A DNA stretch of 64,000 nt from contig CP158635.1 of the NCBI GenBank assembly GCA_050273025.1, positions 23,622,001 through 23,686,000 on the forward strand, read 5' to 3'. The notes beneath the pieces were generated by a model, which made no database searches, was not told the DNA's origin, and saw nothing but the letters and a program-made list of their open reading frames with translations. This DNA comes from Cenococcum geophilum. Its lineage: Eukaryota. The translations under genes and the position numbers were made by a program. Of this stretch, positions 28,701 through 43,112 are shown in pieces (the first letter of the stretch is position 1; each line of letters opens with the position of its first letter).

Positions 28701-31700
28701 CTATCTTTAACTATAGTTAATAGATTTTAAAAACTGGCTCTTAGGTAAATAACTATTTAACTTTCTTAAATAGTTCCTTTTATTCCTCTCCCTATACCTA
28801 TAGTTCTTTCTTCTTTATTAATCTTATAAGTAGCTTAATATCCTTTAATCATTAAGCTATAAACCTTCTACAGTAGTTATAGAATCCTAAAAATAACCTT
28901 AACTATATTATATTTTCTAGTTCTTACCAATTTACTATAACCTTAATCTTCTTTAGATCTATACTAAGTTAGCCTAGTTTAATAATAAATTTAACAAAAT
29001 CTGTCTTTCTAATAAAGAACTTATATTTCTTAATTGCTACTAGCATCTATTCTTCTTATAGTCTCTTTAAGACCTATTTAATATATTCTCTATATTCTTC
29101 CTTACTTATTAAGTAGATAATAATATTATTAAGGTATACTATAACAAATTCATCCAAGTATTCTCTTAATATATTATTAATACGCTTCTAAAACATTGCT
29201 AGTGCGTTTATAAGCTTAAATTATATAACTAGTAGTTTATATAGTCCTTTCTTTAACCTAAAGGCTGCCTTCTATTTATTATCTTTCTTAATTCTAATCT
29301 AATAGTACGCCTATCTTAGATCTATTTTTATAAAGATTTGCGCATTACTAATTCTATCTTAGATTTTACTAATTAAGGGTAAAGGATACCTATTCTTCCT
29401 AGTAATGCTGTTTAACTGTCTATAGTTAATACATAGCCTAAGTTTTCTATTTTTCTTTAGTATGAATAATACTAGATATCCCATTAATAACTACGATAGT
29501 CTGATATATCCCTTTTAAAGATTTTCCTAGACAAACTTCTTAAGTACCTATAACTCTTTTTCTATTAACTTATAAGTTAGGTAGAACCTTAAACTTATTC
29601 CTAGTTCTAGCTCTATCTTATAGTCCTATACTATATAATCTAACAGTTTTTTACTCTCTAGTAACTATAGCTTCTTACCATACTTATAGTATCTCTTTAG
29701 TACGTAACTTAATTCTTAATTAGTCTCCTTATATATCGCTCTAACTTAGTACTATACTAACTTAGTTTATTATTACATCTTGCATTATTATATATCTCTA
29801 ATATTAACCTAACTTATAACCCAATTAATCTTTAGATTATATTTCTATAACTAAGGTATTCCTAATACTGCCTTATTATTCCCTAATAGTAATATATTAA
29901 AAGACATCTTAACTTATCTTCCTTTAATAGTTATCTAAATTAGTTCTATTTTAAGATTAATAATACCTCCTCTATAGGCTATTAGATCTCCTAAGATTAT
30001 TACTAATAAATAAGGGTGCTCTTTTTGCCTATATAGTAGCCCTATCCTTTTAACTACTACTAGTAAGATATAGTTTCGTATTACTTTACTATCTACTAAT
30101 ACTTTAAACTATTAATCTTACCAATTAACTCTTAGGTTTAGGTGTTATTTTTAAATTTCTTTAAGGGTTTAAGGCTCTATCACTAGCTCCCTCTAGTCCT
30201 ATAGGTCTTTACTTTTTCTAACTATTAGCTACTTAATCCTATTTATACTTAGTCCAACTTAGGCCAATACTTAGTTTGCTTTTTGTCTTTAATATACTAT
30301 AAATAGGTATTCTCTAGATATTTCCACTATTATTATCTATCTAAGCATTCTTCTATAAGGAATCTTCCTGGTTAAAGTATTAAACTTCCTTTCTTCTAGA
30401 TTTCTGCTAGATGCCAGCCGTACATATACTTAGCATTCTTATACTATTATTTATCTATTATCCAGTATATCCTTATAGGGTATTTCCGGTTCTTTTCCTT
30501 TGGATTCTTATATATCTTATATATATTGTCTATACATATAATCTATAATAGCGTATAGTATACTAGGTACTTTAGGTTAACTCTTAACTTATCTTTATCT
30601 TTAAGTTTAAACCTTTATTATACTAATCTAAATATTATAACTTTATTCGTAGGTACTAAGACACGCTTCTTACTTCTCTAGTCCTCTAATTATTCCTTTA
30701 GATCCTTTAATATTATAATTAAGGCTCCCTTAATATAATTCATTACTTTTTTTTATAATTAGGTGGTCTTAAATAACTTTTTTATTTAACTATATATAGA
30801 AATCTTCCTACTTATTATTATATTATTATCTATACCACTTTTAGTACAGCTGCTAGAGTATATACAGTCTGTCCATAAGGAAGTATCTTCTTATTACTAT
30901 ATTATAACAGCCTTTTATATATCATTCTTCGAACCTAGTAGGAATCCCTAAATCCTCTTTATTTTCTAGTTTAGTAAGCCACTTAGCTCTTAATATGCCT
31001 ATTCTTAACCTATTAGTAATTCTTTATATAGGTGCTCTGTCCCTTATATAACCTAGTATACTAAATCTTATATCTAGTTTCTTTTCTTACTATATAATAA
31101 TTCTTGCTCTAAACTCGTTTATAGTTTCTTATTACTTACGTCTTACAATTAGATCCTTAAAGTTCTCTTACTTCTTAATCACTATATTAACTTTTCGATC
31201 TTTAGGTTAAACACTTTATTTACCTAGTAAGTCTTCTAGGTCTATATATCTATCTCCTAATCTAACTGCTATTTATACTATAGATTCCCTAATCTATAGT
31301 AAAGTCTCTTACTTCTTTCTTGCGGGTGTCCTTATTCATACTCTAAATTCTTAACCCCTTAGATTCTTTAACCCTAAGCTTACTTCTTTCTTAAGCTGCG
31401 CTCTAGCCTTAGTCCAACTAGGCTTTACTAGTGTCCTTATCTCATTTTAAAAGTCCTAAATCTCACTTATCTCGTCTTAAAAGTCTTATACCTTTAAGAA
31501 ACTTCATCCTAAGCTCATTCGTATATTGCTAAACTAAGCTATTACTCTATCCCATTGGTTTTCGTCTATCGTAGGTCCTTAAGCGTGCCTTATCTCATCT
31601 TAAAAATCTTAGTTATCTTTTATCTTATCTTAAGAATCTTAAGCCTTTAGCCTTTTGCCTTTATTAAGTAATAAGCTAGCACTAGCAGTTATCTACTTGC

Positions 31701-33710
31701 TTAATTATCTCTAGATATTACTCCTTCCGTCTTATAAAGCAATAGATGCCGTATCTAATAGTGTTATAATACCCGTTACTAAACCTTACTCTATAGCAGT
31801 CTTAGTCTCTACTTTTATTATATTATTAAGGTTTAAATACCCCTAGTTAGTTCCTTTACTATCCTCGTTGCTATTAATTAATAAGTACTCCAACTCTATT
31901 ATTATTGTTACTAATTATTATCTATACATTACTATAATATCTTAATTTAGCTTATAGAGTTAATCTTATTCTTTATCTAACTCTTTAGTTCCTTTAAGTC
32001 CTCTTAACTCTAGCTCTTATAGCCAATAGCTTATACCGTACTTAGCGTCTTTATAAATTTAGTATACATTATTATAATAAAACGTAAAACTTCTAATTAA
32101 ATATTCTTTTATTCCTTATAACATACTATTGTTCCTCTATACGTCTATATTATATACTACTAGTCTAGTTCCCTTTACTGCGTAATAACTCTAACCACTT
32201 CTATAGTCTTTAGCGAAATAACCCTATTTTCTATAATTTATATAAGCTCCTTCTTTAAACCATTACTTCTATTATAGAGTCCGCTTAAACATCTTCTACT
32301 ACTAAAATCCTTGGTTTAGCCTATACTCCTTAGTCCTATAATTACTTAATCCTTAACCTCTAGGTTTCTATAATTTCTTACTCCATCTCTTATAGGTTTC
32401 TTTAGTACCACTTAGGTCTATTAGCTTTACGCTATACTATATTTTCTAATTTAGCTTAAGTTATTATATACTCTACGTCTTATATAACTATAGAACTCTA
32501 TCCTAGCCTTTCTTAGCCTATTCCCTTTAGTAGATCCTATTATTAATCTTTATTACTTAATCTATTAGTTCCCTTAGGGTATCCATATCTTCCATTAGAA
32601 TAATTATATCCTAGATTTTAGCCTTAAGTCCCTATTTATACTATACCATAAGCGCCTTATTATTCCACTTAACTTATATAACTAGCGTTTGGAACTACGT
32701 TATATACTTAATTGCTAAGGTTTATTATATAATGTCTTAGAGTTTCCTTTCCGCTATAGTCGTTGCCTCTAGATCTCTAAATATTTGTATAAGTCGCTCT
32801 ATAAACCCGTTCTAGCTTAAAAATATAAACCGTACCTCTTAGTTCGTTATTATTATTCTATTTACTTATATCTCTATAAGGTAAGGCTTAAACTATTTAA
32901 GTACTCTTCCTAATAAGAATAATCCTACGTATACTACTTAATCCATAGTTATTACTAGTTTTATTCCTTCTTACGCAACCTTAAAGTATATTTATATAAG
33001 GAATCCTTTAAGCTTTAATCTCTCTCCTAAGAATCTTTTAATTAATAGTAACTTAACCTTTACTACTCCTATTCTATTAATCCTATTTTTAAGTACTATA
33101 TTATTTCCTATTAACTAGTTAACTATTACTTATAACTGTCCTACTATTATAGGTTGTTATAAGTCAATATCTACTATACTAGTATCATTACCTAATCTTA
33201 ACGTAGTTGCCGCCGTTAATGGCGTTATAGTGGCTGCTTTTAGTGGCATATTATTTAACTTATTAAAACCGTAACTGTAGTAGTAATTATATAACGGAGC
33301 CTTATAGTAGGAACTACGGTAGACTTATTAATAGGCTAGGTATATAGGTATTATAAGTAAGTCAACAACGTAATAATAATTAGTGGAGTAGTTGCCTAAT
33401 AGATTAACTCCAATTATATTCTAAGAATTACTATAAGGAAGAAACTATTTAGGTAGGGACTAAGGGTCCTTAAATACACAACCGTACTTCTATAAAATCC
33501 TTCTTATACGTAATATATGTATTATATATAAGGTACGTAAGTTCCTCTCGTTCCTCTTATTTAATATATAGTACGTTATATAACCTTAGTTACTATTCCT
33601 CGTCATATGGCTCTACGGGTTCCATTCTAGACCATACTTATATTAACCAACTAGCTTCTTCCGACTCTTCTCTAAGTAGTTATAACATCGTACTTAAAGT
33701 GTCCGTAATA
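25702..33710 (-). mobile_element. Ty3/Gypsy chromovirus element E, full length (8009 bp), inserted between RNase H and integrase of D
   Basis: 421-bp LTRs at 25702-26122 and 33290-33710; TSD TAAAT (25697-25701 and 33711-33715); purine tract at 26123-26138 on the minus strand. Gag knuckle GACINCGKQGHFARDC (~32200-32250), RT YLDDI (~29120-29140), RNase H, integrase, chromodomain (~26850-27000). The empty site is visible in D' near 39245. Confidence 0.96.
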
Positions 33711-36700
33711 TAAATAGGATATTTTTAATATACTCTTAAAATCTAGTAATATATTACCCCTAATTACTAAGCTATCCTTTTAACTAATAGTAAAGCTATA
33801 AAGTAATTAAAACCCGGAGCCTTATAATAACTAAAGGACTTTAACCTTATAGCGGCCTTTCTAATATATATATATATATATATATATTAAGAGGTTATAA
33901 AATTTATAGTACTATCTAGTTTTATACTTAAAGTAGTATAGAATGAAATAGCTTTTACCTAAGAACTATCTAAAAGGTTAACGGATTTTATCTATAAGGT
34001 ATAATAGAGAAACGCTTTCTATACTATCTTTAATATAAAAGTAGACTGGAAAGATAATAGAAAAAAAAGCTATTAGGCGCTACTATTAGAAACTAGACCT
34101 AATAGGCCCATTACATAGATATAGTAAGGTTTAGGTACTATAAAAAATAAATCTATAACAGAAGATTTTTATAAAGAATTATAATAATCCTTTAGGCGGC
34201 CACTATAGTCAAATAAAAATAGTAAAATTATTTTAACGCAAATACTATTAGCTAAAGCTTAATTAGGAAGTAAAAAAGTAAATTAGCTATTATAAAAAGT
34301 ATTAAGTATATAAGATCTATAGGTATAAGCTATAGGGTCTACTTAAATTAGTTTCCCCTACTAGTAAGCTATAGTAATATTATACTATAGACTTTATTAT
34401 AGATCTTCTACTATTTAAAGATAGCTAAGAATAAATATATAATTTAGTCCTTATACTTATTAATAGGGTTTTAAAGTACGTTTAATACCTTTTTATTAAT
34501 AAGACGATTAATATATAAGCGCTTACTAACCTAATTAAGGAAAAATACTTTTTTAAAGTAGATTAGCCGTAATCTATTATTACTAATAGGGGCAGCATCT
34601 TTATAAGCTAGTACTAGTTAGATTTATACTTTTATTTAAAGATAGACTACTATTATAATATGGCTTTCTATTTATAAATGGATGGGTAAATAAAACGCTA
34701 GAACTAGAAACTAGAGTCTTACCTATATATATATATTTAAACTATTAGCAAAATAATTAGTATTAGCTACTTCCGTATATGGAGTACGCTTATAATTTAA
34801 AGTAATACGTATTATATAAGTATATACTAATTTAGATTACCTATGGCGTTTAACTATTTAGGTTTAATAGTATACCTAATAATTACTATCTAAGGCTATA
34901 TAATTAGTTATAAAATCCTACTAGAAAGTTTAAGGATATCTACTAAAGAGTATAAGGATACCTCTAGGAATAAAAGGAGTAATAAAAGTATATAAAGTAG
35001 AGCCTATAGAATACCTAAAAGTAGTAGAGACTCTAGTAGAACTATAAATACTAGAATAAATATTTTAGAGTAGGCAATAAGGTTCTATTATGTTTAATAA
35101 ATATTAAAACCTATTAAATATTAAAGAAGCTTAATATAAGATACCTAAATCCCTTTTAAGTTAAGGAATAAATTAATAAGCTAGCCTACTATCTCTAGCT
35201 ACCCCTATCTATAGCCTATATATATTTAATATTTTATATAAACCTACTAAAGCTATTGTATAAACTACTACTAAAAAGGAACTTCTGTTTAGGCCTAATT
35301 AAACACCCTAAAGTAGTAGGCGAGTGGTATAAGGTTAAAGCTATACTATACTATAAGTTTATTAAGAATAAGCTTTAATATAAAGTTAAATAGCTAGGCT
35401 AGCTTACTAAGAACTCTATATAGGAACTAGAGGGTTACCTTAATTATTATAAAGATATTTTAAAAGAATATTAGGACTAAGGTCTATAATCTATAAATTA
35501 TAGAAAGCGCTTTAATACTATAGTATTATTATAACCTATAAAGAAAGCTCGTAGAAAAAGTAAATAGGTTAACTTAAATATAAAATAAATAGGCTCTAAA
35601 AACTATAAGAATTAGAGATATAGCCTAAGGTTAAATGGGTCCTTAGCCTTTTTATATATATAGTATAGAATTAATAGGGCATTTTACTAGAATTGTATTC
35701 CTATTAATTAATCTATACTAGAAATTTTATTTTTAAGGCCTTTAAGCCCTTCCTAAAAGCCTTTTAAGGCCTTTTAAAGCACCTAATTAAGGTCCTTAAT
35801 TGCTACTATATATAAGAATAAATTCTAAATACCTAATTTAAAAAGCTACTATATCTTATCCTTAGAATTAAGATTAGTATTTATTAGCCCTCTAAGGAAT
35901 AGCTAATAGAAATAAGATACCTTTATAGAAGTATGGGTAGGTATAAAAATAGGGGTAGGATAATAAGGTATAGCTAAAGTAGAGATTTTTAAACGCTTAG
36001 TACTAATATTAAGTCTAAATTAATACTAATAAAACTCTTAAGGCGTAAGCTTATGGTTAATAAAGATACGTTTAAGCCTAGAATAAATAGAGATATTAGC
36101 TAGCTAGTATAGTCTAGAACTACTAAAACTTTACTATAATAACTATTAATTACCTATCTGCTAAGTACTTAAAGGGTAACTTACCTAATAACGTATTATA
36201 TTATACTTTTTTAAGACTTAACGCGTATACGCGAACTTTTTTTATAGTAAACAGCAACCTTCTTCTTATTACCCCTATCCTTTACCCTATTCTTAATATA
36301 TTAACCTTACTTTTATATTAGGCGTTACTAACTAGCTTACTAGGAATTATAGATAGTATAAATAGCCGTAGTATAGTCTTAAATTTAACTAAGTTACTTA
36401 GTATTTATACTAGAATAAGAAGGAGCCCAGGCGATATAGTAGTTTAAAATATTAAAGAAACGCTACTACTTAGGCCTAGGCTATTAAAGCTTACTTTAAT
36501 ATAACCACCGCTTTTAGTATATATATATTAATTATAAGGACTAAAGGTATTAGATTTAATATAGTACGTCTTATTATAAGCCTCTAGAATCCTTTTATTA
36601 GATTTTTAGTTTTTTAAAGAAATATAGGTAAAATTATTTAGGTAGTACTAGTACTAATTATAAGTTAGTAGAAGTTAGGGTTTTATATATAAAGGTAGGG

Positions 36701-37633
36701 CTAGGATACGCTATAAAATTTACTTAAAAGAGTAGTTAGTAGGGAAATAAAGAGGTATATTAAATTAATAATAAAAAAGATGAAAATTTTAATAATATAT
36801 TAAAGATACGTCTAAATTAGATAAAGGTTAATAACGGGAAGTAAAGTATTAAGAAAAAGGATTAAGCTTAATAAGTAAGGTATCTTTATACTTTACCTTT
36901 TAATACCCTTTTAGTAAATAGCTATAACCTTACTAATATAACTCTGTTATAATAGCGCTATTTAAAAAAAAAGGAAACACGCGTATCAGCTATTTAGCTA
37001 TTACTTTCTTATAAAAACTATTCCAAATATATAGTATAAGACTATTAGATTTAAAAGCATATATATTAAATCTTAAAAAATAAGTCTCTTTAAATGACTA
37101 ATTAATACCTTAACTGTATTTAATAGCCTAAGGGCAAATATAAAAGCAATGCTTTAATAACGTAGGGGATTATAAGAAAAGGATTTTAAGAAAGGATTGT
37201 AGACTATATCTTAGCAGTTAAAGACAACGGTAAGCTAAGGCTCTATATATTAAATCCCATACTAAAAGGTTTTACAAAACTATACTGGAACACCAAATTG
37301 CCTATAATACTTGTGATTAATTACAGACCGGCATAAAGGCTTAGAAGTAGAGTTGTATAAAAATCCCTATATTAGCCTAGGTAGTCACCGGTATGCTTTT
37401 AGTATGCTTTTAAGAGGTCTTCTAGCAATCCTTATGTCTTTTCTTTAGTTATATATTTTTCTTATTAAAGTTTTTTAGAGTTTAAAATAGGGGTTAGATA
37501 GATAGATAATATATAGCGGTATACCAATATCTCTTCAATATCTCTCCGAACCCCTTTTAGGATAAGCCCTTATAATCTCCCTACTATAAGGTAATAGCAA
37601 TTAGGGGCTAACTATAAAAAGGGGGGGGGGCAA

Positions 37634-37850
37634 TATAAGGGATATTATTGAGGATACTTTGGGTTGCCCTTAAGACAACCCCTAAACGCCCCTTAGATAG
37701 TCGCTAGTTACGTACTAAAGGCATATACCCGTAGTATATAGTCTCTATAATCCTAAAGGCCTTACCTTTTTAAGGATTTATCTCTCTTACCAATCTATTC
37801 TATTCTATAATTATATCCTTATAGCCCCCTATTTATAAAGTCCCCTTATA
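37634..37850 (+). repeat. 3' LTR of D (217 bp)
   Basis: Follows the purine tract; TATAAGGG...CCCCTTATA. Confidence 0.92.
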
Positions 37851-40800
37851 CTATTAGATATAGTTAAAGTATTAATTAGTTAGTTAAAGAGACTTACCTT
37901 TTAAGATTTAGTATATATACTTTTAAATCTAATAGTCCTATGCTATATAATTAGCGTAGCTTTACTGCTTGGTGGGTGGGGATACTTTATAATAGCATCT
38001 ATAGCTATTATACGATTATTAAAAACGTCTATAATATTATTCTTTAATACTATAGTATCGTTTTAAGTATAATTTAACCTATGTATATCTTTAATTAACG
38101 TCTTAATTGCCTTCCCCTGGCTACGTTATTAGTTTTTATAAAAAAGTAATTGCTAAATAGCGCTATTATAATAGAGTTATATTGGTAAGGTTGTAGCTAT
38201 TTACTAAAAGGGTATTAGAAGGTAAAGTATAAAGATATTTACTTATTAAGCTTAATCCTTTTTCTTAATACCTTACTTTCCATTATTAAGCTTCGTCTAA
38301 TTTAGACATGTCCTTAATATGTTATTAAAATTTTCTTTTTTATTATTATTAATTTAATATATCTCTTTATTTTTCTACTAACTACTCTTTTAAGTAAATT
38401 CTATAGTATATTTTAGCCCTACCTTTATATATGGAACCCTAGCCTCTACTAACTTACAACTAGTACTAGTCCTATATAAAGGTATTAAATATACTTTAAA
38501 ACCCTATGAATAAGTATAAGAACTAAATTATATATTTATCCTTAGCTATCTTTAAATAGCGGGAGATCTATAATAAAGTCTATAGTATAATATTGTTATA
38601 GCTTACTAGTAAGGGGAACTAATTTAAGTAAACCCTATAGCTTATACCTATAGATTTTATATACTTAATACTTCTTATAATAGTTAATATACTCCTTTAC
38701 TTCCTAATTAAGCTTTAGCTAATAGTATTTATACTAAAGTGATTTTACTATTTTTACTTAACTATAGTAGCCGCCTAGAGGATTATTATAATTTTTTATA
38801 AGAATCTTCTATTATAAATTTGCTTTTTATAGTACCTAAATCTTACTATTTCTATATAGTAAGCCTATTCGGTTTAGTTCCTAATTTTAATACTTAATAG
38901 CTTCCTTTCTATTACATTTCTAGTTTATTTTTATATTCAAAATAGTATAAAAGGCGTCCCTTTATTATACCTTATAGATAAGATCTATTAACCTTTTAAA
39001 TAGTTTCTAGGTAAAAGCTATTTTATTTTATACTACTCTAAATATAAAACTAAATAGTACTATAAATCTTATAACTTCTTAATACGCGTATATTAGAAAG
39101 GCCGCTATAAGGTTAAAGTTCTTTAGTTATTATAAGGCTCTAAGTTCTAATTACTCTATAGCTTTACTATTAGTTTAAGGAAATAACTTAGTAATTAAAG
39201 GTAGTATATTACTAGGTTTTAAGGGTATTTTAGGGATATCCTATCTAGGTATATTTAGACCCTTATTAGCTATAGACTAGGTACTAGTTAAAATATTAAT
39301 AAAAGCTAATAGGGTTTATACCACCTAAAACTTAATATATAAAGCTATAGGCGCTTAAGCATTCTATACCTAGAGTTTATTCTATAATACAAGGAGTAAG
39401 ATATCTACTATCTGTTTTCCTTTTTCTATTTTAAAGCCTTTAGTATAATCTAGCCGTTGTACCGGTCTATTAGTAGGGTTATTTTTCCCTAGCTTATATT
39501 TAATCTTAAAATTAAATTATATAAGCTTCTTTACCTATTTAACTTATTAAGATATAAGCTCTTTTATAATTATAAAGTAGCGTAAATTATAGTAATCTAA
39601 AAGTATATAAGTGGTATAGCTTATATATTTAAGGTAATATTACTACTATTTAAAGCAGTTAACTATAGCTAGTAGTTCCTTATTATAGGTATAATACCTA
39701 ATTTTAGGCCCTTAAAATTTTCTACTATAGAATATTACTAGTCTTTAGTAAAGCTAGGTAGCGTTTAAATACCTATTAGGTTATAATAGGATACTAATAA
39801 AGATAAAATTTAATATATTAGTAATTATTATTAATAGCTAATCTAGGTTAAAATTCTATAGTAATAGAGCTTTTATAAATTTTATATATAGTTTTTAAAA
39901 GACCTCCTAAACCTTTCTAGGCTATAACTATAGTTTATACTCTTTAGTTAATCCCTTTTTAATTTTCTTTCTTACTGCCTTTAAGCTTTTTACTTCTTAG
40001 GTTAAGTTTTAATAAGCTTTTATAATATAGTTAAATAGGTATTAGGCGATGTCTAAGTAGTTATAAATAAAGCGCCTATAGAAATTAGTAAAGCTTAAGA
40101 ATACTTTAATATTCTAATAGCTCTCTAGCTTTAGCTACTCTTAGATTATCTATACTTATAGGCATTATAATATAACCTAAAAACTTAACCTATTTAGTAT
40201 TAAAGATATATTTTAACGCCTTAGCGTAGAGGCCCTAATTATTTAAATATTCTAGCACTTTACGGATATATTACTTATACTAATTCTTATTTTTTAAGTA
40301 GATTAGGATATTATTTAAATAGATAATATATATACGGTTAACTAGTTCCCTTAAGGCTCTATAAATATATAATTAGAATATTATAGGCGTATTAGCTAGC
40401 CTAAAAGGCATTACTAGATACTTAAAGTGGCTATATTAGGTCTTAAAAGTGGTCTTTTATTTATTCCCTTCTTTAATATAAAGCCTATAATAGGCGTCTT
40501 ATAAATTTAACTATATAAAAATCTTCGCCCTAAATAGTTAATCTAGCATTTTACTAACTAGTAGTAGTAGGTAACGGTTTTTAATTATAATCTTATTAAG
40601 ACTGTAATAGTTTATATATAGCTTTATAATTCTATCTAGTTTTAAATAAAGAGGATTAGCGCGCCTACTAGTAACTTATTAGGCTAAATTTACCCCTTTT
40701 TTAGTAACCTATTAAGGTACTTTTATAGGATCTTAAGCTCTTTATAAGAGAGGTTATAGATAAAAAGGTTTAGTAATTATTTACCTTCTTCTAGATTAAT

Positions 40801-41144
40801 TATATAATTATATTCTAAGTTCTATTATAGGGCTTTAGCTTATCTACCTAAAAATACCTTTAGTAAGTACCTTAGGCCTAATAGAATATTTAATAAATTA
40901 GGGTTATGTTTATCCTTTATATTATTATTAGGTAGGTTCTAAAGCTCCCTTAAAATACTTACGGGCAGCGCCGCGCGCTATAGGAGTTACTTATATATAG
41001 TTACTACTATATATTAAACCGTTTTATATAGTAGCCGGTAGAGGGTAGAAAACTCCTTAACGCAGTATTTAAGATACTATAGTATACTCTCTATATATTA
41101 CTTAAGCTAAAGTAACCTATAGCGGTTAAAGTATCTTATAAGAT

Positions 41145-41458
41145 AAGATATTCAATTACGCTGTTGCGGCTCCCGTTAGGGTCCATGTAGCGGGTCTATA
41201 TAGGTATATATGTGTAAGGGGGAAACCGTATAGCTGTAGCCGGATAAAACATCTCCTTCTGCTATTGTGCGGCCTGTGTAGCCTCTCTTCTAATTCGTAA
41301 CTGCTAAGCACGAGTAGACACCTCCTTGAGGCGCTACAGAAAAACCATCTTAATGCGTACTCCTGGGTCCGTCCGGAGGGGTATATGGTAGTTGCTCCGG
41401 TTATCCAGGTAAGGCGTAGGCCAGCGGCCCGTAAGGTTAGTAATGTAGAAAGATATAG
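41145..41458 (-). mobile_element. Short non-LTR insertion, probably the 3' end of a 5'-truncated LINE, in D'
   Basis: 18-bp direct repeat TAAAGTATCTTATAAGAT at 41127-41144 and 41459-41476, single in D (~23775-23793). The minus strand begins with de-RIPed HIFLHC, resembling the end of a LINE CCHC finger. GC-richer than its host. Confidence 0.7.
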
Positions 41459-43112
41459 TAAAGTATCTTATAAGATCCTTAAAATCGCCATCTCTTTATA
41501 ATATCTCCGCGACCTATTTAGTAGTTCCCTATAAATCTGCGTTATAAAGGGGTTATTACCTATACTAGGCTTTATATTCATCTCGCTATTAAATAGAGAT
41601 TAAATTTAATACTCCTTTGGGTATAAAGCGTATACTATTTTACCTAGGGCTATATTCTTTAGGATATTTTTTAAGCTTATTAGTAATATACGCCCTTCTA
41701 AATCTTCGTCGTTCTACTATTTAAAGACTCCTATTTTAAAGTATATCTTAAGATTTACTTTTATAAGCTAAGGGTATTTAAGAATAAGGTTGTAACCTAT
41801 AAAGTTAGCCACCTAAAAGGGTTGCGGGCTAACTACCTTAGTATAGTTATATATATTAGCCACTAACACTATAAGCTTATAGGCACTATATAGTTTAATC
41901 TAATACTTATCTAAAAAGCCTATAATAGGTTTCCACCACCTTTATAATAGAATATATTTATACTCTTTTACGAAATTATATTATATAAGATTAATTTCAA
42001 CGCTACTATTATATAGTGCTTTAAACTATTATACCTCGTCTATAGGAAGTACTATTTTTAGTTTAATAGCAATATAAAGAGTCTTTCCTTTTATATTTTA
42101 CCCTAGTTATAGCTAGAAGAGGTCTATAACTAGGGCTTTTTTTTAATAAAATCTACTTCTAGAGTTTTTTTTTTACTTTTTAAAGTATTCCTATAAAGGT
42201 ACTAAATAGGTATTAGGTTGGCCCTAAAAGGCTTTCCTATTACTTAAGGCCTCTAACTTTAACCCTTTTAAAGTTCTTTTTAAAAATAGCTTCTTTAAAG
42301 GTTAGGTCTACCCTATATTACTACTAAAGTACCTACGCTTTTAGTAACCCCTTAGCTTCTTACTAGAAGAGGTCTAGTTCCTTATTATATCTTTAGCGTT
42401 TAGAACCGCTCGTTTAAAGTCCGTATATATAGTAATCCGCAATAGGGCTTCTATGCGCTTTATTTTGTCACAAATTACTAGCTTAATTTTAGCCTAGATA
42501 AACCTAATCTTCTTTTTTTTATAAATACTACCATCCTTATTTTTAAAGGGCTCTAAATTTATCTATTAAGTACGAGTTTTTATAAAGCTTATAAACTGGC
42601 GGAAGTTATAGCAGTTAAGCTATATCCCATTCTAGAATAGCTCTATATTATTATATTATAAAATATATAGATCTTAAATATATTTCTTTAGAAAGGTTTA
42701 TAGCTATAGCTATATAGTAATTTACTTTTTATTAAGCTAATTAAGTATAATCTAGTTTAGTAATTAGTCTTTAATTTTACTAATAATCTAGTATATATGT
42801 TCTTTAGTATTATCTTATATTATTAGTATCTTAAAAAAGTTGTCTACCCTATAAACCTAATTATCTAGCTATTAGGCGTTGGGTCTATAGCGAAGCTCTA
42901 AACTACTAAAGGCCTCAGCCAGTTAGTCCATATTCTTTTTCCGTTTATAGCATAGATGCCTCTCTAAGTCTTTTATACCCCCTTAGGTAAGTACTAAGTA
43001 GCTCCTAAAAAGCCCTTAACCTTAGCTAAGTTATAAATTTTTTTATCTAGCCTAAATTAAGCTTTACTAGATCTAGACCTGCCCCTAAAGGTTTCTAATA
43101 TATTTATTAGTA

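Larger units (their letters stand above)
14832..37850 (+). mobile_element. Ty3/Gypsy chromovirus element D (~8.6 kb net), carrying nested Copia F and Gypsy E
   Basis: LTRs at 14832-15031 and 37634-37850; purine tract AAAAAGGGGGGGGGG at ~37616-37630. Protease ALCDSGSEINL (~23275-23310), [11 protein letters not shown] (~24600), RNase H (~25120-25440), integrase (~34150-35250), chromodomain EWYEVEAIL..KVKWLGW..STWEP (~35322-35430). Confidence 0.93.
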
